Shown: positions 14,323 through 26,051 of the stretch, piece by piece
How positions within the stretch are numbered: position 1 is the first letter of the stretch
How the letters are laid out: every line of letters starts with the position of its first letter
Notes under the pieces: generated by a model
Databases searched by the model: none
The model's input: the letters and a program-made list of their open reading frames with translations, nothing else
What the model was told of the DNA's origin: nothing
Assembly (NCBI GenBank): GCA_051294905.1
Contig: CM119372.1
Span: forward strand, 13,270,001 to 13,334,000
From: Botryllus schlosseri
Lineage: Eukaryota
Length of the DNA stretch: 64,000 nucleotides
Direction of reading: 5' to 3'
Program-made: the position numbers and the translations under genes

Positions 14323-15739
14323 TGCAACAGTAGCTTTCGATCAACACCAGATTCAGTAATTTCTGCACTCGGGAAGATAGCTTTTGGATTGCCAGAAATC
14401 ATACTGTCGCTTACGCAAAACAATTCTCCACTCCAGCCTCAGCGAAGTGGAACGAAGCTGCAAAGTCGGTCGTTGCCGTTCAATGTTTTTTATTTCTATA
14501 GTTGAGCGGTATTTTTCCCCGAGCAAGCAAGCGTGAAGACAGGTGTTGCGTATCTATCCGTTGGTTAGTTATCTATAATCGAAGTCATCACCCAGGAACA
14601 CGATTTTGCCCAGCTCTATTCACGAGTAAGTATAAATTTACAAGCCAAAACGAGACAATTTCGGAAAAAATCAGAATGTACTCAAGGTTTATACAATGAT
14701 ATATATACAATGATTGGAAACTGCCACGCCCCTTAACGCTGTAAGATAGGTTCCCAGGGAAATCAGTCCGTCGCGGGACAATTTCTTGAGCGGAGGTACG
14801 GGATGGCATATGTCGACTGTGGGGAAGTGCTGCAATCGACCTTGCTTGAGTAATATTTCACTGATTTTCCTTAATGGGGATGGTGAAAGTATCCATATGG
14901 ATGTCAAATAGCCGTTAGCGACGAAAATGATGCTTTTTCTTAACGTCTTGTCCTCGTGATGGAAGTGCAGAAATTATGCTTCTGTCCTTATCATCACCAA
15001 CTGTAATGGTTTCTATTCTCCATTTAGCGGCCAAAAGTACACCAGATTGGACTGGATTCAACAAAAAACTTTTTTAGATATAATATGACCTTGGCCAATT
15101 GTAGCTGTCTGGTTGAAAGACTTGATGTCATTTCAATACCTCCCTATCCTAATCTTACCACTATCTGTTGGTACTTTTAAATGATAAAATACCAATAATA
15201 CCAACTAGATCTCATCCTCTCTGATGATTGACAATTAAAGGATGTGCTAGTTGTATTGTTACAGTTATATTATAAAATGGAACAGTTATAGTCGAGCAGA
15301 GGTTCTCGAATAAATTGTATGGTAAGCAGATAAAACTTGGATTATAAACTTCTAAGCAATATATTATTCATGGTCATATTATTACTCGGTTACATAATAA
15401 TTCTCAACTTGAAGGAATGTCAACCCGCTATTTGAGAAACCCATTCATCGTATGGGACTGCCCTAAGACACAAAGGAAAATACTACGGTGGATTTGATAC
15501 AATTGATACAAATAGCATCACGATATCCAAGAACTTTCAACGAGAATGATATTGTGAAACACAAAAACGAGCTCACGAGCAGTGGTCATTTTTGATCATC
15601 TAGTTTGAAATTCGTGAAGATTTAAGCAAAGTTCGTTGCGCTAGCAACATAATATGTAGAGCATACATATAATAGGAGTCCGGGTACCGAGCATCCTACA
15701 GCAGTCGTCAGATTATATTTTCATCCGAACAAGAAACAC

Positions 15740-16200
15740 ACAATGTAGCCTACAATGCGATGCAATGAACAGCTAGGAGGATGCCGAACGACCAGTTGCG
15801 GTCTCTGGCATCCACCTCAGCCTGGTACCCGATGTCACAGTACCTTTTTTTAGTGTTTCTCTTCTCCGCGAAGCTCTTTCTTGTTGATTCACATGTGATC
15901 GTTTGCTTTACTGTCCTACAAGTTTGCTTAATATCCAAGTTTTTCAGTTGAAAGTAAAAAATGACGCCATGCTTCAATATCCGACAGTGCTGATGGATAT
16001 CATGAACGCAAATAGAGGAGATGAGCTCATAATCCAGACCAGAAACCGGGGTTGTTTTCGCCAATATGTTGCGTATGACAGGTTTACTTGCATGTGGCGA
16101 GGCAATGTTTCACACGAAAACGTATACCAATGCCCGTTTATTCAAAATATACCTGATAAACGTTTTGACACTTCTTGGATATAAACTAAACGTTGTGAAG
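15740..16200 (-). mobile_element. Probable LINE (CR1/L2-like) or SINE 3' fragment with stem-loop tail
   Basis: Minus strand has the stem-loop GGATGCC-AGA-GACCG-CAA-CTGGTC-GTTC-GGCATCC followed by a CATTG/ATTGT-like tail. A homologous segment is at about 33040-33240 and a fragment at about 20770-20820. Family assignment is inferred. Confidence 0.45.
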
Positions 16201-17559
16201 TGCTCCCCATGAATTACCTGTAAATCTTGAAAATTAACAAGGAGTAGCCTACTTGTCAAGATTGATAGCTGGAAGGATTGTACAAAATAGATGATTTATG
16301 TATTTGCGAGCAACATTCTATCAGTGTTGGGATCAAGTCACTACCTTCGAGTCACGAGTCATTGCAGATTTTGACTCGAGTCAAGTCAAGTCACCCGATT
16401 TTTGGAGATGACTCGAGTCAAGTCGAGTCAAGTCACTATTCGAGTCCAAGTTGAATTTTCAAAGTAGGAGACATGATTCAAAGTCATTGCATCATGCTAA
16501 CTGTTTTAAATACAGATGGAGTCCCCATTTAATCTGAATTGAAGAACGAATCAAGAGCTAATGTACAATGTACATTGTACACGCAAGAAGGCGCTTATCG
16601 CTCATGCATACGTAGAACAGTCAAACTACGCAGGTATAGCGGTATAGCCTCATTCTGTAACAGGGGTGGGAAACAACGACTCGCGAGCCGCATGCTACTC
16701 TTTGAGCCTTTGATTGCGGCTGTTCAACGAGTGTGCAATGTGCATTCGGTGATGCTGAACGTAAGCCACTGTGTCCTTTCTGTCAATATTCGCCCAATAA
16801 TCACTTAACTAGAATTGAAACGGCATTATGAAACCAAACACCACAGACACTTACGTGACCTTTGACACGAACCAATCAGGTTGCAGCAGGATGTAAACAA
16901 AGAACAAGGCCGGGCAAGCTTACTATGAGCTCTTATGGAAAAAGGTTGAAAAATGAAGGTTTTAAGCAAAATTACGTTGAATTGGGGATGGCTGGCCTTA
17001 ATGAAAACTAATAGCGTAGAGCTAGTATGTAGTTGCAGCTTTTAGTCTCGGATGAACATGAATGGTGGCAAGTACGCATCAGCGTGCTGTGTCCAAATGC
17101 ATGGATTTTTGACAACTTTTCGGATTAAGCGATGATTGTTGTACAGGCTACTATACTATAGGATCGTGGTAATGTATATGTTGACGATTTCATAGGCTCC
17201 AGGTCTAGAGCGACATTTTAAAGCATATTTTATGTTTAGAAATATATGCTATAAAATACAGCTTCTGCCACACATCACAATTTTAGTGTATTGAAAGCTA
17301 TGGAGATTCTATCGAACTTCTGGATTTGAGTGGAACAGCATCTTCTTCTAACACCGCGGAGAAAGCTACGAAGTATTTCATGGAGCGCTATGTACACGAC
17401 TTAAGGACAAAGATTGAGGAGACAATTCACTCTTTGTGGAAGTGTTATTCTAGTGAACAGCCAATGTTATCGCAACTTGCGGAAAAGAGAGATATCACAC
17501 TCAATGGAAATACACATTCTCAGAAAATCCATTATTGATTCGTCTTGCACTTGTAAGAC

Positions 17560-18472
17560 GGTTGCCGGAGAACCCGGCCCTCGGAGAACCCGGCCCTTGG
17601 AGAACCCGGCCCTCGGTGAATTCCTCGGGAAATTTTGAAATTAAGTGTATTCACAAGTATTAATATGAATTAATAAAGTAATAATGTTATTATCAACTGA
17701 TTTGTCGGTCTTGTAAGGAGGTCAGGGCATGCGTAGGTCACGCAGTCACGGCGTGATCAGATCACGTGATCACGGATTGCGCAAGCGCCAAGCGCGGGAA
17801 AGAACGCGACTTTCACATATCGACCACGCGTGATTTTGTCGTTTTTATTTATATTAGATGTGATTTTGTCGTTTTTATTCCATTATATTGGATGTGACAT
17901 TTACCTGATTCAATTGATTGTGTGAAGTTGGTCAGAGCAGGCTGTTAAGGGCAATGCAACTGTAGGTTGAGGTGGGGTAGGGAGACATTAGGGTTCGGGG
18001 AGTGGAATATTGGGTTCAGGTAGGATACTAGGGTTGGGGGAGGGGGGGATATTAGGGTTAGGGTTAGGATATTAGGGTTGCCGGGGGTGGGATATTAAGG
18101 TTGCCGGGGGTGGGATATTAGGGGTAGGGTTAGGGTTGCCGGAGGTGGGATGTTAGGGTTGTCGGGGTGGGATATTAGGGTTAGGGTTGTCGGGGTGGGA
18201 TATTAGGGTTGCCGGAGGTGGGATATTAGGGGTAGGGTTAGGATATTAGGGTTGCCGGAGGTGGGATATTAGGATTGCCGGTGAATACAAAATTTCGCGA
18301 GGGCCGGGTACACCGAGGTCCAGAGTAGTCGAAAAACACCGTGAATACCACAAGTAGACCACGCGTGCTTGATATACAAAATTTCCCGAGGGCCGGGTTC
18401 TCCAAGGGCCGGGTTCTCCGAGGGCCGAGTTGGTAGGGACGGGTTCTCCAAGTGCCGGGTTCTCTGGTAATC
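17560..18472. mobile_element. MITE with internal telomere-like (TTAGGG-derived) G-rich array
   Basis: Ends GGTTGCCGGAGAACCCGGCC / GGGTTCTCTGGTAATC, TSD TGTAAGAC (17552-17559, 18473-18480), internal GGATATTAGGGTTGCCGGAGGTG-type repeats at about 17970-18280. Confidence 0.85.
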
Positions 18473-18939
18473 TGTAAGACAGGGTAAGTAAGGAAAAAGA
18501 CATTTTGTCAGAGACTCCTGCAATAGATATTGTAACCATGATTTGCATTTGCATTGATTAAGACAATCCAGCATCAGTGAGCTCGATTGTGATTGACAAG
18601 CCATCTCTCGACCGTACTCGCAACCGATCAACTCCTGCCTCAAGGTAGATTTTGGTGCGTATCTGGTGTCTTCAGTTTTATAACATTGCACCAAACACAA
18701 ATAATCCTGGAACATTTTCATCTGGAGAATTGTTCATTCTACAAATTGGGCCTCTAAATGAGCTTCAATGCACACCACTGGAATATAGTATGAATAGACA
18801 TGCACTGTTGGTACACATTGTCCGTGGCACCGCACAATTACGATCCATAGCATGCTATTAGGCATTACGATATTAATAATGGAACTGAATTTTCACAATT
18901 GCTGAATATGTTGTATCATTCACTTTTAATTTTCAATCT

Positions 18940-19400
18940 TGAATTAGAGTAAGCAATTAGTCCATATTTGGTTAGTTGATACACAATGCTGCATAGTATG
19001 ACACCAGACAAAATTTTATACTTGTTGATTCTTCCAATCAGCTGTTCAATATGAATACGTTGTCCCACCATCTTTCTTGTTGTGGAACAGTCTGGCTCAG
19101 GCATACAAATCATGTGCAGGAATATTTAAATCTAGATTCAATTTCTTGATTTCAGACTCAATGGTGAATCCCTTTTCTGCCATGATAGCATTTCCTGGTT
19201 CACCATAGCTGAACTCCGTCATTTTCTCACATTTCATGTCGAACCCACATATTTCACTAATATTTCGATCTGAAATGGTCCCCGTGAGTGAATAGTTCCT
19301 GCACAAAAGTAAGTGCATCACAATCCATCAATCCTTTCAAAGTTGTATGTGATTTATTGACAGTCAGTAATCATTATAGTTTTGAGAAATCATGAATGAA
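18940..19400 (-). pseudogene. Frameshifted DDE_Tnp_4 (ISL2EU/Harbinger-like) transposase remnant
   Basis: Fragments NKSHTTLKGLM, TGTISDRNISEICGF, PGNAIMAEKGFTI..LNIPA and RIHIEQLIGRINKYKILSGVI resemble the family motifs YKSHNT.KGL / GxISD / PGD.xMADRGF / RIHVERxIGRIK. Confidence 0.8.
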
Positions 19401-20181
19401 TGCAAATGGTGCATTTTTAAGAACCACATATCTACATGGCCAAATCGAAATTTAATGCAGCAGTTACACACGGTTGACCCAATGGTTTAATACTATGCTT
19501 ACAGCAATACTATAAATTTGACGTCAGTAGGATAAGTCGGGCAATTCAGAAAGAATTTATTGTAGTCTAGCATAAATTTCAGCTTCTCCGCATCTTTTGA
19601 CATTATGATGCTCCTCTGAGAACTAAACTTCACAATAATTGTCCGTCAATTTGTAATTTTCCTGGACGAGTTTCCTGTTTTGTGCTTCTACTTGTTCCAG
19701 AAATTTGATTTTCTTGCGTTTTATCGACCGACTTCCTCTTTCTGCAGCTTCCTTAAAGATATCCATCAAGCCTGCACAAAATATATAATATGTTTATTTT
19801 ACAGAGCAACACTGCTGTGCAGGCACCTATCAAGGCGTACTCGTCCGACTCATGCAACGTATCACCGCTACCAATTTCAACTATTCATCTCATTATTGAA
19901 TATATTGCTCTGAACAATTTCAACCCACAACACCATGCAGCAAAACTGTGGAATAAAACGTGACACACACCAAGTCGATTGTGGCATCATGTGTGACTGC
20001 ATTTCAGATTAGACTCATTCTGAAACACAGAATTATTTCATCTTAATTATGTCACGATTCAATATTTTTGGTACAATAATAGATATGTCATTTTATTAAT
20101 AAAATGAGAATTCAGATGACTACATGGAAGTTCACATGCCTTTATCCAGATTTTACATTCTTCCATGCATGGTATTGGCTC

Positions 20182-21118
20182 GATTACCAGTGAACCCGTC
20201 CCTCGGTGAACCCGGCCCTCGATGAACTCGGCCCTCGGTGAATTTTGTATTCACCGGCAACCCTAATATCCCACTTCCGGCAACCCTAATATCCTACCCC
20301 AACCCTAATGTCCCCCCACCGGCAACCCTAATATCCTACCCCAAACTTAATATCTCCCCTCCCCCAACCCTAATATCCCCCTCCCCCAACCTAATATCCC
20401 ACCTCCGGCAACCCTAATATCCTAACCCTAACCCACCTCTGGCAACCCTAATATCCCACCTCCGGCAACCCTAATATCCTACCCCAACCCTAATGTCCCC
20501 CCACCGGCAACCCTAATATCCCACCTCCGGCAACCCTAATATCCCACCTCCACCAACCCTAATATCCCCCCTCCCCAACCCTAGTATCCTACCCGAACCC
20601 AATGTCCCACTCCCCGAACCTTAATGCCCCCCCCCTACCCTACCCAACCCTAACACCCCACCTCAACCTACAGTTGCAATAACGAGCAGACCACGCGTGG
20701 TTGATATGTGAGCAATAACAATCGTTGGGATATATTTTTCATCTGAACAAGTCACACACAATATACAATGCGATAAGACCCAATGCGATGTCATTAACAG
20801 ATACGAGGATGTCGAACGTCGCACGTTCGCCCCTCGCCAAGTCAATTCAACAATGAGCCGACCACGCAATCGTGATCACGTGATCTGATCACTCCGTGAC
20901 TGCGTGATCTACGCATGCCCTGACCTCCTTACAAGATCGACAAATCAGTTGATAATAACATTATTAGTTTAATAATTCATATTAATACTTGTTAATACAC
21001 TTAATTTCAAAATTTCCCGAGGGCGGAATTCACCGAGGGCCGAGTTCATCGAGGGCCGGGTTCACCGAGGGACGGGTTCACGGGACGGGTTCACCGAGGG
21101 ACGGGTTCACTGGCAACC
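20182..21118. mobile_element. Second copy of the telomere-like-array MITE, inverted
   Basis: Ends GATTACCAGTGAACCCG / CACTGGCAACC, TSD ATTGGCTC/ATTGGCCC, C-rich CAACCCTAATATCC arrays at about 20255-20670. Confidence 0.85.
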
Positions 21119-21754
21119 ATTGGCCCTGGGAAAGGTGCAAGCGCACACCAGGAATGGACTGAGTAGCCATCTCCAAGTTACACAGGCTATTAGCACAGTG
21201 TTTATCCGACATTTGTCCTGATTGATTCAATACATGAGCTAGAACAATAAATGATGATTTCAGCTGGGAACAGATCATATTAATATGATCATTGAATATG
21301 CAGACAAGTCTCCAGTGTAACAGTAATTTGCTAGATAATGAGGCAGACTGTAGACTGTACTACATACGATTCCATAAATAGAACGCAGATAACGCAAAGC
21401 CCACATAATGAATACCCCACATATCCTGACTCAAGATTAATCTAATACATGCTATTCGGTACGACAGTCCTATAGTATACGACTAAGGACAGTACAGCAA
21501 TAGTTGCTTCATCCGAAAAGTTGTAAGAAATCCATTTATTTGGACATACCATGCTGACGAGTGCTTTTGCCACCATTCATGTTTATTGTAGGTTAGAACA
21601 CTGCAAATACATACTAGCTCTACGTTATTACCATTCACCAAAGCCAGCTATTCCCAATTCAATGTAATTTTGCTAAAAACCTTCATTTTTCAACCCTTTT
21701 CCATAAGCGCTCATAGTAAGGTTGCCCGGCCTTGTTCTTTGTTTACATCCTGCT

Positions 21755-23407
21755 CCTGCTCCGGATGGAAAAAATACGCTAAAACTGGTGTCAAAAATCG
21801 CTAGATGTCGCTAAATATTGGGAAAAAAGCGCTAAAAAATAGCGCTAAATCTGCATTAATTGCTAAAGGTGTTAAATTGAACCAAAATATCAATATACTC
21901 TTCTCAGCTGCATTTTATTCGTCTGGGGGCAAAGTCACTTATCATATTTCTAGTTCATAATACGTAATAGTCATCTCTAAGCGGAACAAAACATGCAGTG
22001 CATTTCGGTAGAGCAGATCGCTTTGCGCAATGATCGATATAAGACGATACGTGGCCACTGACCAGGTTTGCACGCATAACCGCTCACTATATAAGCGCGA
22101 CTTGCTCCATGCGTCCGTGAATACGTGATGCGATGTACCGTGGAAATGCGCTTGACTTCTCTAAACTGAGTTGGGGTACTTGAACACGACGTGCGACTTG
22201 ACACACTTGCACGCGACATGCGACTTGACCCGACACAACACGACTTGAACCGGGTTTGCTAGCCACTAAAAGTATAGGACCAAATCCGGAGTATGAGATC
22301 CAATGAATCTCGTCTTAAACGAAAGCTAGTGTCACACTGATTCCGACAATACAAATAAATTCTTGTAAAGACAATGGAACGACCTCAAAACAGCCCCCAG
22401 AGTTTGAAAATCGGCATTGATCAGAACAATCGCTAGACGAAATTGGTCATTGTTATGTTCATTGTGTTGCGGCGGTGCCATTGTCGGAGCAATGCTGGTT
22501 TTCAGACTTCGACGGCTGTTTCGGGGGGCATGGTTCCATTGTCCTGACGATATTTTATTTTGTATCTTTGAAATCACTGCGACACTATCTTTCGATCAAG
22601 GCCAATTATTTTAAATTTCAGCGGTCAGGTCGCCAGATGTAGCACTGTCAATTATGCTACTTTTAGATTACTCAGCAAGAAGAGACACTGTTTGCCCATG
22701 CGTAACTGTCAGGAGTTGCGTATCTATCAGAGATGAGCGGATTTGAAATTTCCATGTCCTAATTTAATCCAAATCCGAACCTTCAAATCCAAATCCAAAT
22801 CCTAATCCATAACTTTCAAAGATACTAGTCCATGTCCAATCCTAATCCGATTCCAACTGGAAATTCAGAAAAAATACTAATTTATGCAATGGAGGGATTC
22901 GAAAATTTTCTTTCACAACCAACGATTCACATGATTCAAGATAACTTAGTAACCATAATTACATTAATAACTGATCTGATTAAAGTTTGTCGCCATTCGC
23001 CACACGACATTTCGATCTCCCAGAAAATAGGTAAATCCAATCCAAATCCTAATCCGTTCTGAAAAAAATGTCTAATCCAAATCCAATCCAAATCCGACAA
23101 AATTTCACAAATCCTGTTTTTTCAAAACCTAATCCTAATCCATGCTCATCTCTGGTATCTATCCATAGGTTAGTAATCAATAATTATATATCATCGGAGT
23201 CCACACTTTGGTGGCAGATGAGTCGCCAGTCGTCGGCCAGAACCGATCTTTATTAGTTATTTTCCGTAAAAAAGCGCTAAATAATCGCTAAATACCTTTT
23301 CAAAAATCGCTAGATTTATCGCTAGGCGCTAGATCCATATTTCTTAGCGCTAAACCGGATGAAAAATCGCTAGATCTAGCGCGAAAATCGCTAAATTGGC
23401 AACACTG
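21755..23407. mobile_element. hAT-like element (CGCTA-repeat family), left end truncated
   Basis: Right end ...GCTAAATTGGCAACACTG; TSD ATCCTGCT at 21747-21754 and 23408-23415; it splits the right TIR of the ISL2EU-like element. Confidence 0.78.
22728..23154. mobile_element. hAT-like MITE (AATCC-repeat family)
   Basis: TIR CAGAGATGAGC...GCTCATCTCTG; perfect TSD GTATCTAT (22720-22727, 23155-23162); second copy at 53621-54045. Confidence 0.92.
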
Positions 23408-25152
23408 ATCCTGCTGCAACCTGATTGGTTCGTGTCAAAGGTCACGTAAGTATCTATTGCCACGTGTTACCCAATAAAGACATATTTACGAAGTATTATG
23501 ATTACCGAGCTCCGCACTGTTAGACGTCTTATCAGCCCGATTTCAAACACCTTCGGGCAAGGCGGAGATGCATCGTATTATACTACTCAATAATATACTT
23601 CATTCGATACCCTACATTGCCTTGTGACGGAATAAATTAGTATATATCAATTTTTGGGTTGTGACTCTTTCAAGGCAACGATTTTTGATATGCGACTCGC
23701 ACGTGAAGCCGCTTTGCCCACCGCTGATCTATAATCATCGGCCAAAATATAGGATAACATATGAAACATCAGAAAGTTCAAAAAATGATATGGAGCAATA
23801 GAACCCTACCCACATATATATTTATGGCATACCATCACATCCATATGGACGATATCCGTTCGATTTAAAGCACACAAGAGGGTTGGTTGAGGTGAGCAAG
23901 TTTACGACAACGTAAGCTATAACCTCCGATCACTGCGTTAACGATCAATTCATTAGTGATGTAACAATGGAGGCTCGGTAAAAGGCACAATCATTGAGTG
24001 ATCGAATAAAAATCCAAACTTATACAAGATACGACGATTTAATCCACATCGATTACTTGATGACTTGAAATTGACTCGTAAATTTTGCTTCGAGTCACGA
24101 GTCAATCTGCATTTCTGAAGCGTCGAGTCAAGTCAAGTCAAGTCATTTTTGCAAAGTGACTCGAGTCAAGTCAAGTCATGCGAAAAAGATCACTCGAGTC
24201 TGACTCGAGTCAAGTCATGACTCGAGTCATCCCAACACTGCATTCTATGGCATCTTATTCATTGAAAGGTTAGGAAATCATTTTGTAACCTTCATCATTG
24301 TATTAGTGTGAACGTTAGGGTTGTCCAAAATTTAGAAAATCTTTAAAATGCCCCGTTGTAATGTCTTATTCTATAGCTTATTGATCAAAAACAACAATGG
24401 GCCAAAAGAAGTTCACAGGAAAGCCGTTAAGATTTCGTGCGAAGCGTTTGAAAGTAGCGGCTGAAGAATAGGCGAGCCACCGACCATAGAACGGCGAGAA
24501 GACTAGTAATCACGAAACCACGGCTCTTGATTGGCTGATCGGCTATGCTTTCATGATCACGACAGCACCAGCTTTTCTGATTAGGTGATTAACAAGGAGT
24601 CTGCTACCGGCAATGACATATATATCATTGGCTACCGGCGATGATTCTGAAAGCACATTGTAGGTAGGTTGACAGATGATGATTTAGGATTAATTCAGGG
24701 CATGTTAAGGTACGAAATACATGATGAACAAACAACAGCTGCTTCACACCAACATCTAAAGCATTAACGCTGTACCCTACATGCCTTGTTTTCATCGAGT
24801 GAAAGCAAAGGCGCTTATGCAAGTGGTGAACGAACTCAGAAGGCATGTATCATCATTGAATACAAATATAAAGCTTAACAATGTCTACAGTCTCTATAGT
24901 ATATATTATAATATTATATCATTGATGAAAATAGGACTGAACTTGTGCGCCTCTAGTGACCTTACCATTGGAATGAATGTCTCTCACTCAAGTTTACTGT
25001 TTGTGTCGTCATATTCGGATCACGACCCCATTCATTTTTACCAATTCTCGAATGTATTAATTGTATATGTACCATACTTCGCTTCGTTCGTGACCAAACG
25101 TTTTCACTTAACTGACTACTATCCTATAGCTGGAAAGATAGAGTGATACTGC

Positions 25153-26051
25153 ATGTGTACTGAAACGAAAACCAGAGACATGACATCGCTTACGACCGTC
25201 ACCCCGTCCAGGTACTGTGCCACGTAGGAGCAATTGTACAGGTAGCATATCATAATGTAATTTTTTATTATTCAAGTATCATATGGTCCGACGAATCAGA
25301 AGAAGGAAAGCGCTCGAATGGATGGTTGTATTGTGGAAGATACCTACTGGTCATTCTCAATGTTTTCTTCTTCGTAAGCGAAATTTTGTTGCTGGTAGGT
25401 GAGGTGACTATAGAAAAACTATGTTCCCTCGGCGCGTATTAGAAACGCCTCGTTAAGTCAACCAGTAATACACAATTCGGTAATTTTCCCCCGGATTTTA
25501 CGAAATTGATCTATACACGATTTTTAGGTCTTGGGTGCGCTGCTTATAGGCTACGGAATCTGGTTTCTTCTGGTACCAGCAAACCAAAACCTCATGCTCT
25601 TGGTTGCTTCTGCATCAACAAGATACCACTGTAATATATCTATGTACGTAATCATCGCGATTGGAGTATGCACTATGATATTCGCCAACGTTGGATGCTG
25701 TGGTGCAGCTTCAAATAGCAAATGCATCCTTGGAGTCGTAAGTTGTTAAGGGAATGTACGGAAATATTCATCGATTAAAATTAATTTAATTCCTAGTTTT
25801 TTCTGCTGCTGATCGTTCTCTTAATGGGACTTATCACGGTGATTGGATTGACGGTATGGTTACGCTTTGAGGTAGCTGGTTAGCACATTTATGATATCAA
25901 ATTTGATACTGGTTTGATTGTGAGTTTCTCATGCATTGAACAGATAGCGGCCGACATTCAGGATAATATGTCTAAAACCCTAATGGAATCATACGAAGGA
26001 TACAATGCTGTTAATCAAGAATCCGTAGCCTGGAACGCCTTGCAACGCAGC
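25153..26051 (+). CDS. Tetraspanin family protein, 5' exons only (TM1-TM3 and start of large extracellular loop)
   Basis: Exons 25153-25211 (first exon less certain), 25277-25373 (..YCGRYLLVILNVFFF), 25528-25737 (VLGALLIGYGIW..FANVGCCGAASNSKCILGV), 25797-25871 and 25944-26051 (..AWNALQRS). Has the tetraspanin N-F, GCCGA and W..LQ motifs. No CCG/TM4 exons were found downstream. Confidence 0.85.

Larger units (their letters stand above)
16845..23455 (-). mobile_element. Degenerate ISL2EU/PIF-Harbinger-type DNA transposon with long imperfect TIRs
   Basis: About 250-bp inverted ends (AGACACTTACGTGACCTTTGACACGAACCAATCAGG at 16845, mirrored at 21540-21754 plus 23416-23455, split by a later insertion) enclose a DDE_Tnp_4-like remnant. 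Confidence 0.7.
16661..23726. mobile_element. hAT-like element nested in 16322-24240
   Basis: Ends CAGGGGTGGGAAA..GACTCGCGAGCCGC / GCTTTGCCCACCGCTG; degenerate TSD TTCTGTAA/ATCTATAA; a related copy spans about 26478-32445. Confidence 0.7.
16322..24240. mobile_element. hAT-like element (same family as 5415-6376, opposite orientation) expanded to 7.9 kb by nested insertions
   Basis: TIR CAGTGTTGGGATC...CATCCCAACACTG; perfect TSD CATTCTAT (16314-16321, 24241-24248). Confidence 0.92.

Noticed and set aside
17970..18280. TTAGGG-like arrays as a true telomere or fusion site
   Set aside because: Degenerate, bounded by TIRs and TSDs, and repeated in sister MITEs.
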